This document shows positions 33,540 to 45,068 of a stretch of DNA of 64,000 bases, in pieces. Within the stretch, counting starts at the first letter, position 1. Every line of letters begins with the position of its first letter. Source of the DNA: Selaginella moellendorffii (Eukaryota; Plantae; Lycopodiophyta); contig NW_003314341.1 in the NCBI RefSeq assembly GCF_000143415.4, positions 229,869 to 293,868 of the forward strand, written 5' to 3'. The notes beneath the pieces are model-generated. The model saw nothing but the letters and a program-made list of their open reading frames with translations. It did not search any database and was not told where the DNA came from. Made by a program: the position numbers and the translations under genes.

Positions 33540-34638
33540 ATGGATCTCTGGTTGTCTGCATTCTGGTTTTGGCTTACTTTGAGTGGCTTGCTGTCGGGAA
33601 CAATGTCACAGCTGAGAGCCGGCTTCTACGATCTCACTTGCCCTCGAGTGGAGAGCATTGTTCGAACGACTATGACTCCGAACTTGATGGCGGATCCCAC
33701 TGCAGCGGCGGCACTCGTTCGAGCAGCATTCCACGACTGCCAAGTTGGAGTAAGTCTGTTTTTCTATGACGCTATCTATATACCGGTATTGATCTGGGCT
33801 TGTTTCGTGACGCAGGGCTGTGACGCATCGATTCTTCTAACTTCGGCTGGAGCAATCACCAGCGAGCAGGAGTCTGACAAGAACTTTGGAATTCGGGGGC
33901 TGAATGTGATCGACAGGGTAAAGACTGCTGTTGAGTTCTGGTGTCCCGGAGTGGTGTCGTGCGCGGACATAGTGGTCCTGGCCGCCCGGGATGCGATCAC
34001 TATGGGAGGAGGTCCGACCATAGATGTGTTACTAGGCAGGAGGGACAGCCGGTTTGCAAGCAATGCTCAAGCAGACAGTTCTCTTCCACCGGCAACCATC
34101 ACAGTTCCGGCAATGCTCGACATGTTCAAGGCGAAAGGCATCACTCCGGAGGAAGGTGTCGCTCTCATAGGTGAGTCGAGCTTTTCCTTTTTCTAAATAG
34201 AAGTTGTTCCTGATGAAATGAGTGAATGATCTTCTAGGTGCTCATACAATCGGAGTGTCACACTGCGTGAGCTTCGTGAATCGTTTATATCCCAGTAGGG
34301 ACTCCGCAATGGGATTGGTGTACGCTGGAAGGTTGGGCTTGAGCTGCCCGACTGGGAACCCCGTACTCATCAACAACTTAACCGTGGTAGCCAACGATAA
34401 CACCAATCTCATCTTCGACAACCAGTACTTCCGGGACGTGAGCAGCGGAATGGGGCTGCTGACGATCGACGCGGAGCTGGGAGTGCATCCAGCGACGTCC
34501 GGGATCGTCGCCCTTTACGCCCAGAACCAAAAGGCCTTCTTCGACGCGTTCACCGCGGGGTTCCTCAAGCTCACGTCTCACACGGTGCTCACCGGCGACA
34601 GTGGCGAGATACGACGAAGCTGTGGATCTCTCAACTGA
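33540..34638 (+). CDS. Class III secreted peroxidase, 3 exons
   Basis: Signal peptide, QLRAGFYDLTCP, RAAFHDC, GCDASILL, VSCAD, GRRD, GAHTIG. Confidence 0.93.
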
Positions 34639-34938
34639 TGGGAGTGATGATTATCAGGCTCGCCAAGGCTTCCAGGAGCTCGATCGATCGACCCAAGAGA
34701 GGCTTGCTGGTGTGTGAGATAAATAACGTTAGGAAAAAGGGTTCACGGAGGAGTTAAGATTTTTGGTATGAGCAAAGACATCGTTGCTCAAGGAGTGGAC
34801 AAGTGTGATTTTTGTGAGACCCTTTTCTCACATTGATAGCTCATTGAATAGACAAAGTGACAGTCTTTGCGCGGCGTGGTGGTGGTGGCCACAGGCCATT
34901 GGTCATTGGCCAGTGGCCAGTGGCCAGTGGCGCGCGAT

Positions 34939-36062
34939 TTAGTTGGCTGTACGGCAGCTCCGCCGTACTTGTCCGGCATTGCTCGTGAGCACGTTGAGCT
35001 GGGACATTTTCTGGAACCCTCGCGCGAATGCGCGGAAGAAGGCGGCGCGGTCGGCGGCGAATTGATTGACGATGCCGCGGGTGCGCGGATCGCTGGCGAG
35101 CTGCTGATCGACCGTGAGGACGCCGGTGCTGGCGATCACATCGCTGTAGAAGCGATTGTCGAAGGCCAGGTTTGTGAAATCGTTGGCGATGATGCTGAGG
35201 TTGTTCATCGGGATCGTGGCCGGGCAACGCAGGCGCAGCGACGCGCCGAATCCCAGCGGCAGCGACGAATCCATGCGCGGGTAGAGGCGATTGACGACGC
35301 TAGGGCAGTGCGACACTCCCAGGGTGTGGCCTCCTGCGCAAGATCGAACGATATTACGGGCAAGAAGGTCGAGCAGGTGTGAAATACCGAGCAGCGCTAC
35401 TGCATCCACCGTGTCGAGGCCTTGCGATTGGAAGACGGAGAGCACCCGATCGAGCGGAGTTTGTGGCGGGAAAAGAGAATCGTCGGCTTGCTTGGCGCTG
35501 GCTGTGGTTCCATCTCTTCTGCCGGTCAGGATCGGTATCGTCGGCCCTCCAGACTGTGAAAATCCAAGCGAGATCAGAATGGTCAGCTCTTTCGCATTCT
35601 TTCTTTCTTCCGAAATGATGGAAACTTTTGTTGTCTTACCAGAGCAATGGCGTCCCGGGCAGCCATGACGACGATGTCCGCGCACGACACAACGCCAGGG
35701 CAGGAGGCCTCGAGCACCGACTTAATCCGGTCGATGGCGTCCAATCGCCGGATTCCAAAGTTGTTGGAGGAGGCGAGCTCGCTGGTGGTGACCGGGGAGA
35801 AGGATTGATTTTTGGTGGTGGCGAGAAGGATGGATCCATCGCAGCCCTGGACTTGGCAATCGTGGAAGACTAGGCGGACCAGCGCAGCGGAGAGAGTTGG
35901 ATCGAGCAGGGTCAGTCGCTGGACTGTGGAACGTGTCATGGATTCGGCGTTCGGACAACTCTGCTGATAGAATCCCGGGGTCAGGCCTCCTGCTGCTGCA
36001 TCGATCATCACCGGAACAAGAACTGGAAGCAACAGGAGCAGCATTGAGATTCTTCCGGCCAT
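34939..36062 (-). CDS. Class III secreted peroxidase, 3 exons, convergent paralog of 33540-34638
   Basis: Signal peptide, RLVFHDCQVQGCDGSILL, VSCAD, GRRDG, GGHTLGVSHC, GQVRRSC. Confidence 0.93.
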
Positions 36063-36304
36063 CGAAAGAGATCCGAGCTAAGAAAAAAGAAAAAAACACA
36101 AAGTGGAAGTGCCTGGAGCGATCAACAGGTGAGTTCTCGGTTCCTACTCTTTATAAGAAAAATGGATTGTGTGTTGACCACCTAACTTGCAGCAGGCTAG
36201 CCAGTATCAGAATTAAAATTCCGCTGGGCGAGCTTTGATAATGGCAGTTGAAGCAGATGAACCAGATGTTTCCACGCACAGGATTAAAACTCTCTTTGTG
36301 CGCT

Positions 36305-36962
36305 AAAAATGGAACTATCTATGGTGGCAAACTCGAGCCTTGAGGCAAGGCTTGATTAATCTGAACGATGGAAAGATGAAGCACCACGTTTGCTATTACA
36401 GCGGCATTTCTTCCTTGTTTGTCTGCTATCCGCTGTCTCGATCTCTCAAAGAGGTGCTGATGTTCCAGAGATGGTAAAGTTTGATGCCTTTTGTAATCTG
36501 GTGGAGCTGACGAGGAGATATCCATAGCTATGGCCAAGAGTTTAGCCAACAACAAAATGATGGGGGAAGCTTTGTTTATATTGAGCACACATTCAAATCT
36601 TCTGTAACTAAACTCAAATATAAACCTGTCAATGGCAACAATTTTTTTTTAATTATTTGTTTCAGTGTTTTCTGGATCTTCATCAGCTTTCCTGCTATTC
36701 CTGAAGAACAACATGGCAAAGCTCATGATGGTGAGGAATGGTTAACGAGTCTCCAAGCTCGTTGGAAGCAGGAGCTCCAGTAAGTGTGAGTTGATTGGGC
36801 TCGAAGCCTTGGATGAAGTCTTCCAGCGTGTTCTTGGAAGTTTGGAGGTTTCAGGTGATACCACTCTTCTAGATGCTGCTTGTCCGAGTCGGAGGAAAGA
36901 ACTTTGAGTTGCTTCCCAGGGCAAGGATCGTTCTCTGGCATTCCGCGAGCTCCACAGCAATA
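36305..36962. repeat. Decayed, deletion-riddled duplicate of about 37800-38838 (3' end of an unknown ORF plus 3' end of FPP)
   Basis: TTCCAGAGATGGTAAAGTTTGA...GCTTTGTTTATATTGA is shared with 37953-38080. ECQRTILALGKQLK-like minus-strand sequence is shared with the FPP last exon. Confidence 0.8.
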
Positions 36963-36964
36963 GA

Positions 36965-38182
36965 GCCACGTCGACCGATTCTTCTGTCCTTTCGAAATAT
37001 TAAAAAGGGAACCCTAGAGTTTGCGGATGTTTCCTTTGGCCTTGGATGTCGTGGTGGTGAACTCGAGCGTAAAGTTGGACACAGATCTCTGTAAAGGACT
37101 TGGTAGCTTGTGCCAAGATCTCTTCTCTGATGACCTGACCGATATGATTCTGGACTGGGCAAGTTTGGAAAATGCATGGCGGTTCTACAAACTCACTGGG
37201 AGGTCCTGCAACAGATGGTCCAGAAGTTTTTGAGGGAGGGATTGACACTCGAAGCTCTAGAGGCACTGGACAAGACGTGCGACCAATACACGTTTGAGGA
37301 AGTGCTTGGGAAGCCTTGGTGGAGCATGGCATCCTCAGTGAAACCAACAAAGCTTCTAGAGAAGAAGGACCTCATGAGGGATCTAGGTTACAAGTGTGGA
37401 AGCTGGGTGTTTGAGAACTTGATTCGTTTCCTCTCAGAGACAGAGCCCAAGGATGCTATACAGAGCCTGTTTTGCGAGATGATTCGACTGCATCCGGGAT
37501 ACATTGCAGGAAAAAGAGTCTACGAATTGGTTCTGGCTCACTGCTCCTCGGAGTTCATGTGTACGTACTTTGTGGCCAAGGAGGCAAGAGCGAAGGGTGT
37601 TGACCTGGTTCTTTCCCACACGTTTCTGCATGATTTAGTTGGCATCAACAGCTGATCACTCTAGCACAGGCTTATCAGATTGTGCTCAAGGCAGCGAAGG
37701 AGGTCGATGTTATAATCGCCATCGTCAAGCAGGCAATGTTCCATGGGGTGACAATGGGTCCAAGTATCAGGCCATTCTTGACTTGCGCAGCGATCCCGGA
37801 GAACGAACTTCTGATAGCTACCTTGAAGAAAGGCCTGATCAATCTGTGTGTTGGCGAATACAGCATCGCTGATGCGTTCTTTGTGCTTGCAACCAAAGCC
37901 TGCTATCCGCTGCCTCAAACTCTCGAATAGCTGCTAAGCCTTACCTCCAATATTCCAGAGATGGTAAAGTTTGAGGCGTTTTGTAATCTTGTGGAGCCTG
38001 ACGAGGAGACATCCATAGCCATGGCCAAGAGCTTAGCCAACAAGAAAATGATGGGAGAAGCTTTGTTTATATTGAACACACACCTCAAATCTTCCAAGTC
38101 ACCCGAAGTAACTATACTCGAAGATACAGTTAAAGGGAAGTGGTCGTCTGAATTTAAATCTACTTTTTTTTTGCAACAATAA
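36965..38182 (+). pseudogene. Disrupted coding-like region, possibly a degenerate helical-repeat (PPR-like) protein
   Basis: Consecutive helical-looking ORFs (37021, 37176, 37682, 37961) broken by frameshifts. The TAG at 37928 is GAG in the duplicate near 36450. No family recognised. Confidence 0.35.
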
Positions 38183-38297
38183 TTATATATTATATACACA
38201 CCAAGATTTTTTCTTTACAGAGATGTTCTAACTGGAACTTTTCTTTCTTTCTTTTTTATTCTCACTGTTTCAGTTTTTGTGGTTCTTCAAGATCACA

Positions 38298-41200
38298 TCA
38301 GCTTGGGTTCCTGCTGTTTCTGGAGAAGAACCTGGCAAAGCTGGAGCCTCCATGATAGTTCTTGGGATGGTGAGGAATGGTTACGGACTTTGCGAGCTCA
38401 TTGGAAGCAGCAGCTCCAGATTTCTTGCTCACAAATCTTCCTGGCGACCTCATCACCGTCCGCCTGTATCCCGCCGCTGCCTGATCCCCCGAGTAGAGCC
38501 ATGTCGAGTCCGATTCTTCTGCTCTTCCGTTGGTCTTGCGGGGTGGCGGCTGCAACTCTTCCACACTCCTTGGAGGACTCCAAGGGAGTGTGAGGTGATC
38601 GGGCTCGAAGCCTTGGAGCTTGATCCTCGACCACGAGAAGTCTTCTTCGTCTTCCATACGGAGCGTGTTGTTGTTGGAAGTTTGGAGGTTTCGAGCGATG
38701 CAACTCTCGTCGATGTCACTGAGCTCTTCTTGATGCTGCTGCTGCTGCTGCTGGTGGTCCGAGTCCGAGGAGAGAACTTTAAGTTGCTTCCCCAGGGCCA
38801 GGATCGTTCTTTGGCATTCCGCAAGCTTCACAGCAATCTCGTCGCCCTGCAAGTGATCCAGTGATCAGGCCGCGAGCGAGAAAAGAATCTGGGGAACTTA
38901 CATTGTTTTGGTTTGCACAATCTTCGTCCGGACGATCACCATCGCCACGACAAGAGTGTTCTCTGCAAGACAAAGATGCTGTAAGTTCAGGCCCGCGAAA
39001 CATTAGAAAAGAAGGAAACGAGGAGTTCTTACAGGTTGATCTGCTTCTCCAGTTCTTCATATCTCTTCTCGAGCTCCCGGTGCTGGTCCTGCTCCGCTTG
39101 GAACTTCCCTTCCACCACTTCCAGCTTCTCTCGCAACTCCGCCACTGTGGAGTCGGCCACCTTGATCCGTTCCTCCAGGCTCGCTCTACACTGCGAAAGC
39201 TCGCTCCTACATGTTGTCAGCTGCTGCTTGAACTCGGAGACCAGCCTCTCCGCAATCGACAGCTTCGATTCCACCTCTTGAAGTTTGTCCTTGGATCTCT
39301 CGCAGCTCTGATGAAGCAACTCCTTTTCAACCTTGATCCTGCTAAGTTCCTCGGACAGCTTCTTTGCCTCAGTTCGCAAGCCCGTGTTCTCCCTCTCGAG
39401 CTTTTCCATCTTGTGTTGATCCGCGCCAAGGAGCTCGCCGCTGCTCTCTTTCCTCATCAGACTTCTCAAGCACCTCCCTTGCTCGGATCCACTGTCGCTC
39501 GAGACGATCGAGGTAAGAACCGTGGAGAGCTCGCTCATGAAATCGATGACGCTAACTTTCCCTTCCACCAGCCTGTTGCTCGCGGTCGTGAGCTTCTCAA
39601 AGCTGGGGTTCGCCATGCTGGTGGATTGATCGCTGCTGCTCACGTCCGAGCTCACCGCCGAATCCGCACTGGGCGATGGCAGAGAGTGGCCATCCTCATG
39701 CTCCGCACCCACAGAATGAGCTAGAGCTTCCACCAGGCACACCACCTTTTGGACGTTTTCCGTAAGAGCGGCATGGATCTTCAAGCTCTCTTTGTCGTCC
39801 GCCGCCACCTTTTGATCCCCTGGAGCTGGAGCTTCCAGCAACAAATCCAGCTTCTCCTGGAGCTTGATCAGAGAGCTCTCGTTCGCGGCATTCTTCGCCT
39901 GGAGGGCGCTAAACTCCTTCTCGGTCGCCAGGAGCTTGCTGCTGATCTCCATGCACAGCCGGTTGGCGGCGTTGAGCTGTTCTTCCTTCTCGGACACAAG
40001 CTTCTCCAGCTCTGCTGCTCGATCCGAGGAACCCGATTCAAGCTTTGGAGTTTGGTCGAGTTCCTCTTCGCTCTTGGTTGCTGCCGCGCTCGACGTTAGC
40101 TGCTCCATCTCCGCAAAGTCATCCATCATCTGGAACTTCGAGTCGCCGGCCAGGATGATCCGCGGGCTCTCGCTGCTGTCAACTTTGGACGGGTCTTTCT
40201 TGAACTGGTCCAGCTCCGAGATCATGGCCGACGTCCAGGCGTCCGCACAGCTCGCGCCACCTTCATCATTCACACTCGACTCGGACATGGATCCCACCGC
40301 CAGAGCTCTCGGCTTCAATCCCCCACGGACACACGACGACGCTGCCTCGGAGAGATCCTGCGCGGAAGCCAAGCTCTTGGCCGCCTGGAGCTCGTTGTTC
40401 TTCTGAGCCAGAACTTCTCGCAGCAGTTTCGTCTCCTCCTCCATCGACAGGACTCTCTCCGTAAGCAGCTGGATCTGAAAGTCCTTGTTACCACCCGAGA
40501 GCCGCCCGTGGTATTCACCGCCACCTCCGCCACCTTTGCTGCTCCCGAACGATCGTCGTCTCTCCTCTCGTCCCCACGAATCAACCTCTTGTTTCATCTG
40601 AGCCACAGCAGCCGGACCAGGCAGCTTTCTCCTCACCAAGCTCCGGAGTCTCTGACACTCGGCCTCCAAAACTTGGATCTTCTTCACGCCATCCAGGTGC
40701 TGCTTGTGCGCCGCGTCGGCCTCTCGCTTGCAGTAGTCCTTCTCGTCGTTGCGAATCTGGAGCTGCTTGTTGAGAACCTGGATCTCGTACTGCAAGCTCA
40801 AGTTGTCCTTGTCCATGTTTTCCAGCCGGATGTTGAGCACACCGATCTCCGCCTCGGCCTTGGATCTCGCCTCGCTCAGCTCCGCGATGCTTCTCATCTT
40901 CTCCTGGAGCGTCGCCACCAAAACTTTGCTCTCGGCAGTTGACTCGAGCAACCTGTGCCCGACTTCCGCGACTCTAGCCTCGAGCTCCGCCCGAATTCTC
41001 TCGCACTCTTTGTTCTTCTTGGCCAGCATCTCCTGCATTCTCCGCTCGTGATCGTCCTTGGCTCTTTGCGAGCTTCGGTGCGACTCCTTGAGCGCCGAGT
41101 CGAGCTGAGACACTTTTCCTTCGAGTTCTTCTTTCCTTCTCGACAAAGTCTCGAGCTGGAGCTTCGTGCTCGCTGTTTCCTCCTCTGCTTTCTCCCAGCC

Positions 41201-41672
41201 TGCGAGGAACGAACGAAGAAAGCTGACGCTGAGTCACTCTCACACAAGGAAGATAAAAAGAGTTTACTACCACCACTGGTCGTAAGACAAGTACCTGTGA
41301 CCGCTTCCTCGGCGACTTTGGCATGCTGCTTGACGTGGTTTTCCTTCTCGACGAGCTCAGACTGTGCCGCTGCGAGCTTTGCATTTACATCTCGTAGCTT
41401 CTCCTCTGCCTCTTGACAGCGAAGCGTGGCCTCCTGTGCTTGATCTGCCAGAAACTTTGACATTCCCTGCAGGAGTGATGGAGCTAGCCAGTTATAAATC
41501 GCTTCCAGAGAGACTTGGAGAAAAAAGAAAAGAACTTGCTACTTACGTGATCGTCATTTCTCCTCGAGGAGCGATTGGCTGGAGACACATTTGCAGAAGC
41601 TGCAACAGGCACAAGAGCTCCGGAGTTTTTCGAGGACGACTTTCGCTTCCACGGCCAGCTTCTTCGATCCAT
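38298..41672 (-). CDS. Filament-like plant protein (FPP, DUF869 coiled-coil), multi-exon
   Basis: MDRRSWPWKRKSS, VKQHAKVAEEAVTGWEKAE, KLEAECQRLR-like/RRKLPGPAAVAQMK, MDDFAEMEQL, KLAECQRTILALGKQLK. Confidence 0.92.
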
Positions 41673-43383
41673 TTTTCCCTGCTGTTCTTGTGGAGCTCAA
41701 CACTTCAAATTCGCTCGCTGCTGCCAAGATCAGCTATCAGCACCTGGGAAGATCAAGATGAGAGGAATGCATCACAAAAAAAAAAGAAAAAAAAGAAAAA
41801 CTCGATCACGATGAAGATGGAGAAAAAAGCTGGCTGCCTGGAAAAGTTTATGGCCTATCCAAGACTGGAAGGTTGGCTTCTCAAGAACGCAACCTGGTGA
41901 GAGTGATGTTTGTGATGATAGATCACTCGCTCGGGTCCCTGCTTGACTTTGTCGAGATCAAAGGATAGGAAAATCTAGAGCAACGCAAGCAAGCGCGAAG
42001 CATCAGGCATGCATACCAACGCACTAGTCACATCGGGTTTTAATTCAGGGGCTATAATGCATTGCGATCCACGAGGCAGCGAGCAAATCGAAGAAGCGGG
42101 GAGAGGAGATGCAACGTCGCAAAGATCAGATCAGAGAAGAGAAGAAAGAGATGGGGAAGAATGTAGCTATGTACATTTGCACGACTAGATTTTTATTTTT
42201 CCCCTGTGCTCTCTCCTCTAGGCAGGCAGCGCTGCGAAGTTATGAGAAAGGAAGATCGCCTGACCTCGAGAATCTGGAAGAAGGAGCTGGTGGGTACTAG
42301 CAATGGCGCCCGGGCAGGACGATCCATGAGATCACGCGGTCGCCCAAGTGAGAATTGATCGAGGAAAGAGGACCCAAATCGGTGGTTTCCTCTCAAGAGA
42401 AACGGGGAGGGAGGAGGAAGAAAAAACCCTCTTTCTCGCTGCTGTTCTTGGTCAGGCAAGGCAATGGCGAGGCAATCAATATGAAAGAGAAGAAGGAACC
42501 AACGGAAGGAAGGAAGAGTGAATGAATGCTGTCCAAGCAAAACACCACCTCTCTCACCCTGTGCGCGCGCGCTGCTGCGGTACTGCTCACTCACAAACAA
42601 TCTCTGGCGCTGCAATTGCCGAACAGTTGTGCTGCTCCCTCTGTCGATCGATCCAAGAGAGAAAAGCGGGGCTGGATTCTTCCGCGGAGGCAAACAAGCA
42701 CCCACAGCCAAAGAGGAGAGAGAGAGAGGGGACCGCTTCCTCTCCTTTCTCCTTTGGTTGGAGGAGCTACCACAAGTGGCAATTTGGATTGAATGGCGAA
42801 AGAGCCGCGCTGGGCTTTGCTGGCTTGGCTTGGCTATGGTGTGGCTTCTTCCACTCTACTCGAGCTTCCTCGTCGTCATCGTGTCGCCCAAAAGCCACAG
42901 AAACAGGACGTTCCACCACCCAGCTCTTTTTGCCAGGATCCCAAGCTTTGCGAGCGCACCATGGATTAGAATCGTTGCGATGCTTTGCGTGAGATTGGGG
43001 ATCGCATCACACCACCACCACCACCACCGCTCTGGCCAGCGAGAGAGAGCAAACTCTCACTCTAAAACTATTAAGCTAGTTTCCTTCTAGGGAGCCTACG
43101 GCAGCACACGGCCACATTCTATTTTCTGGCCCCCACCGGAGAGGCCGTACGGTGTTTGGTGCCACCCAGCCAGCACCATCACCAGCGCCACCACCCCCAC
43201 CCCTCACGGGACGGGAAAACGAAACGCACAGACTTGGTGCCGCCATCTTTTGCCCGGATTTCTTCCGTTAAATGGAAACCCGCCACGTCTTCCGGCGACG
43301 TTCCCATCGCAAAATAAGTGCGTCAACTTCGCGCAACCAATGCCAAATGTGTGCGTGTGTCATGTCCGGATTTAAAAGGCGAG

Positions 43384-43626
43384 GAATATCCTTCACCGGC
43401 AAAGAATATACCGGTAACAGGAGCATATTCTGCTGCCCGTCAGAATATTCTTTTCACGTTGGCGGCGCTTGCCGGCCGAGCATATTCTGTTGGCTGGCGG
43501 AATATGCTCGTTTCTCTCGGAGGCATATTCTTCACCGACCGTAACAGGAGCATATTCTGCTGCCCGGCAAATTATTCTTTTCACGCCCCTAGGTTACCGC
43601 GTATTCTGTTGGCTGGCGGAATATGC
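43384..43626. promoter_or_regulatory. Cluster of nine P1BS (GNATATNC, PHR-binding) motifs within a roughly 127-bp tandem repeat
   Basis: Motifs start at 43384, 43404, 43423, 43443, 43480, 43500, 43523, 43550 and 43619. The motifs are seen directly; their function is inferred. Confidence 0.65.
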
Positions 43627-45068
43627 TCGTTTCTCTGCCGGGAATGATTCTGTGCAGGCTCTGCGAGAGCGAAACAAGCAAGCTCCCACTCGTTTTCGTC
43701 CCGCTCTCACGCGCGGTACTCATGCCCGCCAGGCGCAAAAGCCACAGAAATTCTATGATAGGAGGGGGTAAGGATTCCGGAAATTTGGGTCAGGGTGGTG
43801 GCAGCCTTTGGCATCTTCATCTCTTTGCTTTTGCGCGGCTAGCAAAGGCATCTCTCAATCATCTGCCCTGGTGACCACCACCACTTGCATTTCCCCGAGG
43901 AGAAAAACCTCAGGAGGAGGGGAAATAGAATATGGGAAAAAACAGGGAATCAAACTGTAAGAAACTTCCTCGCCCTTGGCAGCGATCGATTGTCCTCCCT
44001 CATCTACTCGGTGGCTCGTGCTTTGTTTACGTAAAACTTTGATTTTGCTGCTTCACATGCGCTCCAACATTTGTCAAAAAACGTTAGTTTTTTCTAGGCA
44101 CTGTTTTGCTTTCGCTCAAAAACTTCCATTTCTCGCAACGACAGGAACGAGCGAATCGCTCGCAAACTCTGATTGATTCTAACCCACTGAGAAATATCCG
44201 GTGTCGCTTTCTAAGCAAGGAGGAGGGATGCAGCAGCCAGCGAGTAAACGACCAAAGCGCCGCAGAGCAAGAGTGGAAAAAAAAAGAGAGAGTCAGGCAT
44301 ATCATATTCATCCTTGTTGGTGCTCCAAATTTTTAAGTTTCCTCGCACAGGAATGAATGGAATGAATTCACTCTCACTCACCAGTTGTTGAATTGAATGC
44401 GCCTGGGAGGAAAAAAGGAAGAAAAACTCGATCGATCCAACCACGCGGTTTTGATCCCCGGATTTCCCAATTGGATCCAGCCAGCCTGCAAAAACCCACG
44501 ACCAGTTTGAGTATTTTTTCGCAGACTTCGAATTTTTACCAGCTTTTTATTCCTTCCTTGTTGCTGCTGTCGCCTCTGGCTGCTGCATTGCCTCTCTGGA
44601 ATCCACCCGAGCCGAGCCAACCAATTCTTTCATAGCTCGATCTCCTTTTCTTCTTCTTCCTGGCAGGGAGAAAAAAAAAAAAGTTCCAATCTCTTGCTGT
44701 AAGTTCGTGATATCTCGCTGCCACCACCACCTCCACCACCACCACGATTCGGAAAAACTCAAGACTAAACAAGCGCGGCTCAAGGAAAGCCTGGAGCCCT
44801 GCAAAAAGCAAAAGGAGCTCTCGCTCCCCTCGCTTTCACTCGAGAGTACCTCGTCGTGTCCAGCAGTCGGAATCAAACAGGAAGCTTACTTTTCTTTTTC
44901 TTCTCCTCTCAAATCCGATGTTGGTCGTGTCTAAAGCCTGGCCCGCAACTGTGATGGAATGAATCAATGCGTGAAAATCTCAGGCACAACCAGCAGCAAG
45001 GAGCTATGATTGCCGTGAACGGACACAGAAGATAAAAAAAGGAGAAAAGAGAGAAGCCACTTACGTGC

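Noticed and set aside
43384-43640. Palindromic repeats with spacers, superficially CRISPR-like
   Set aside because: Eukaryotic context, no cas genes, spacers themselves repeat; better explained as a tandem P1BS array.
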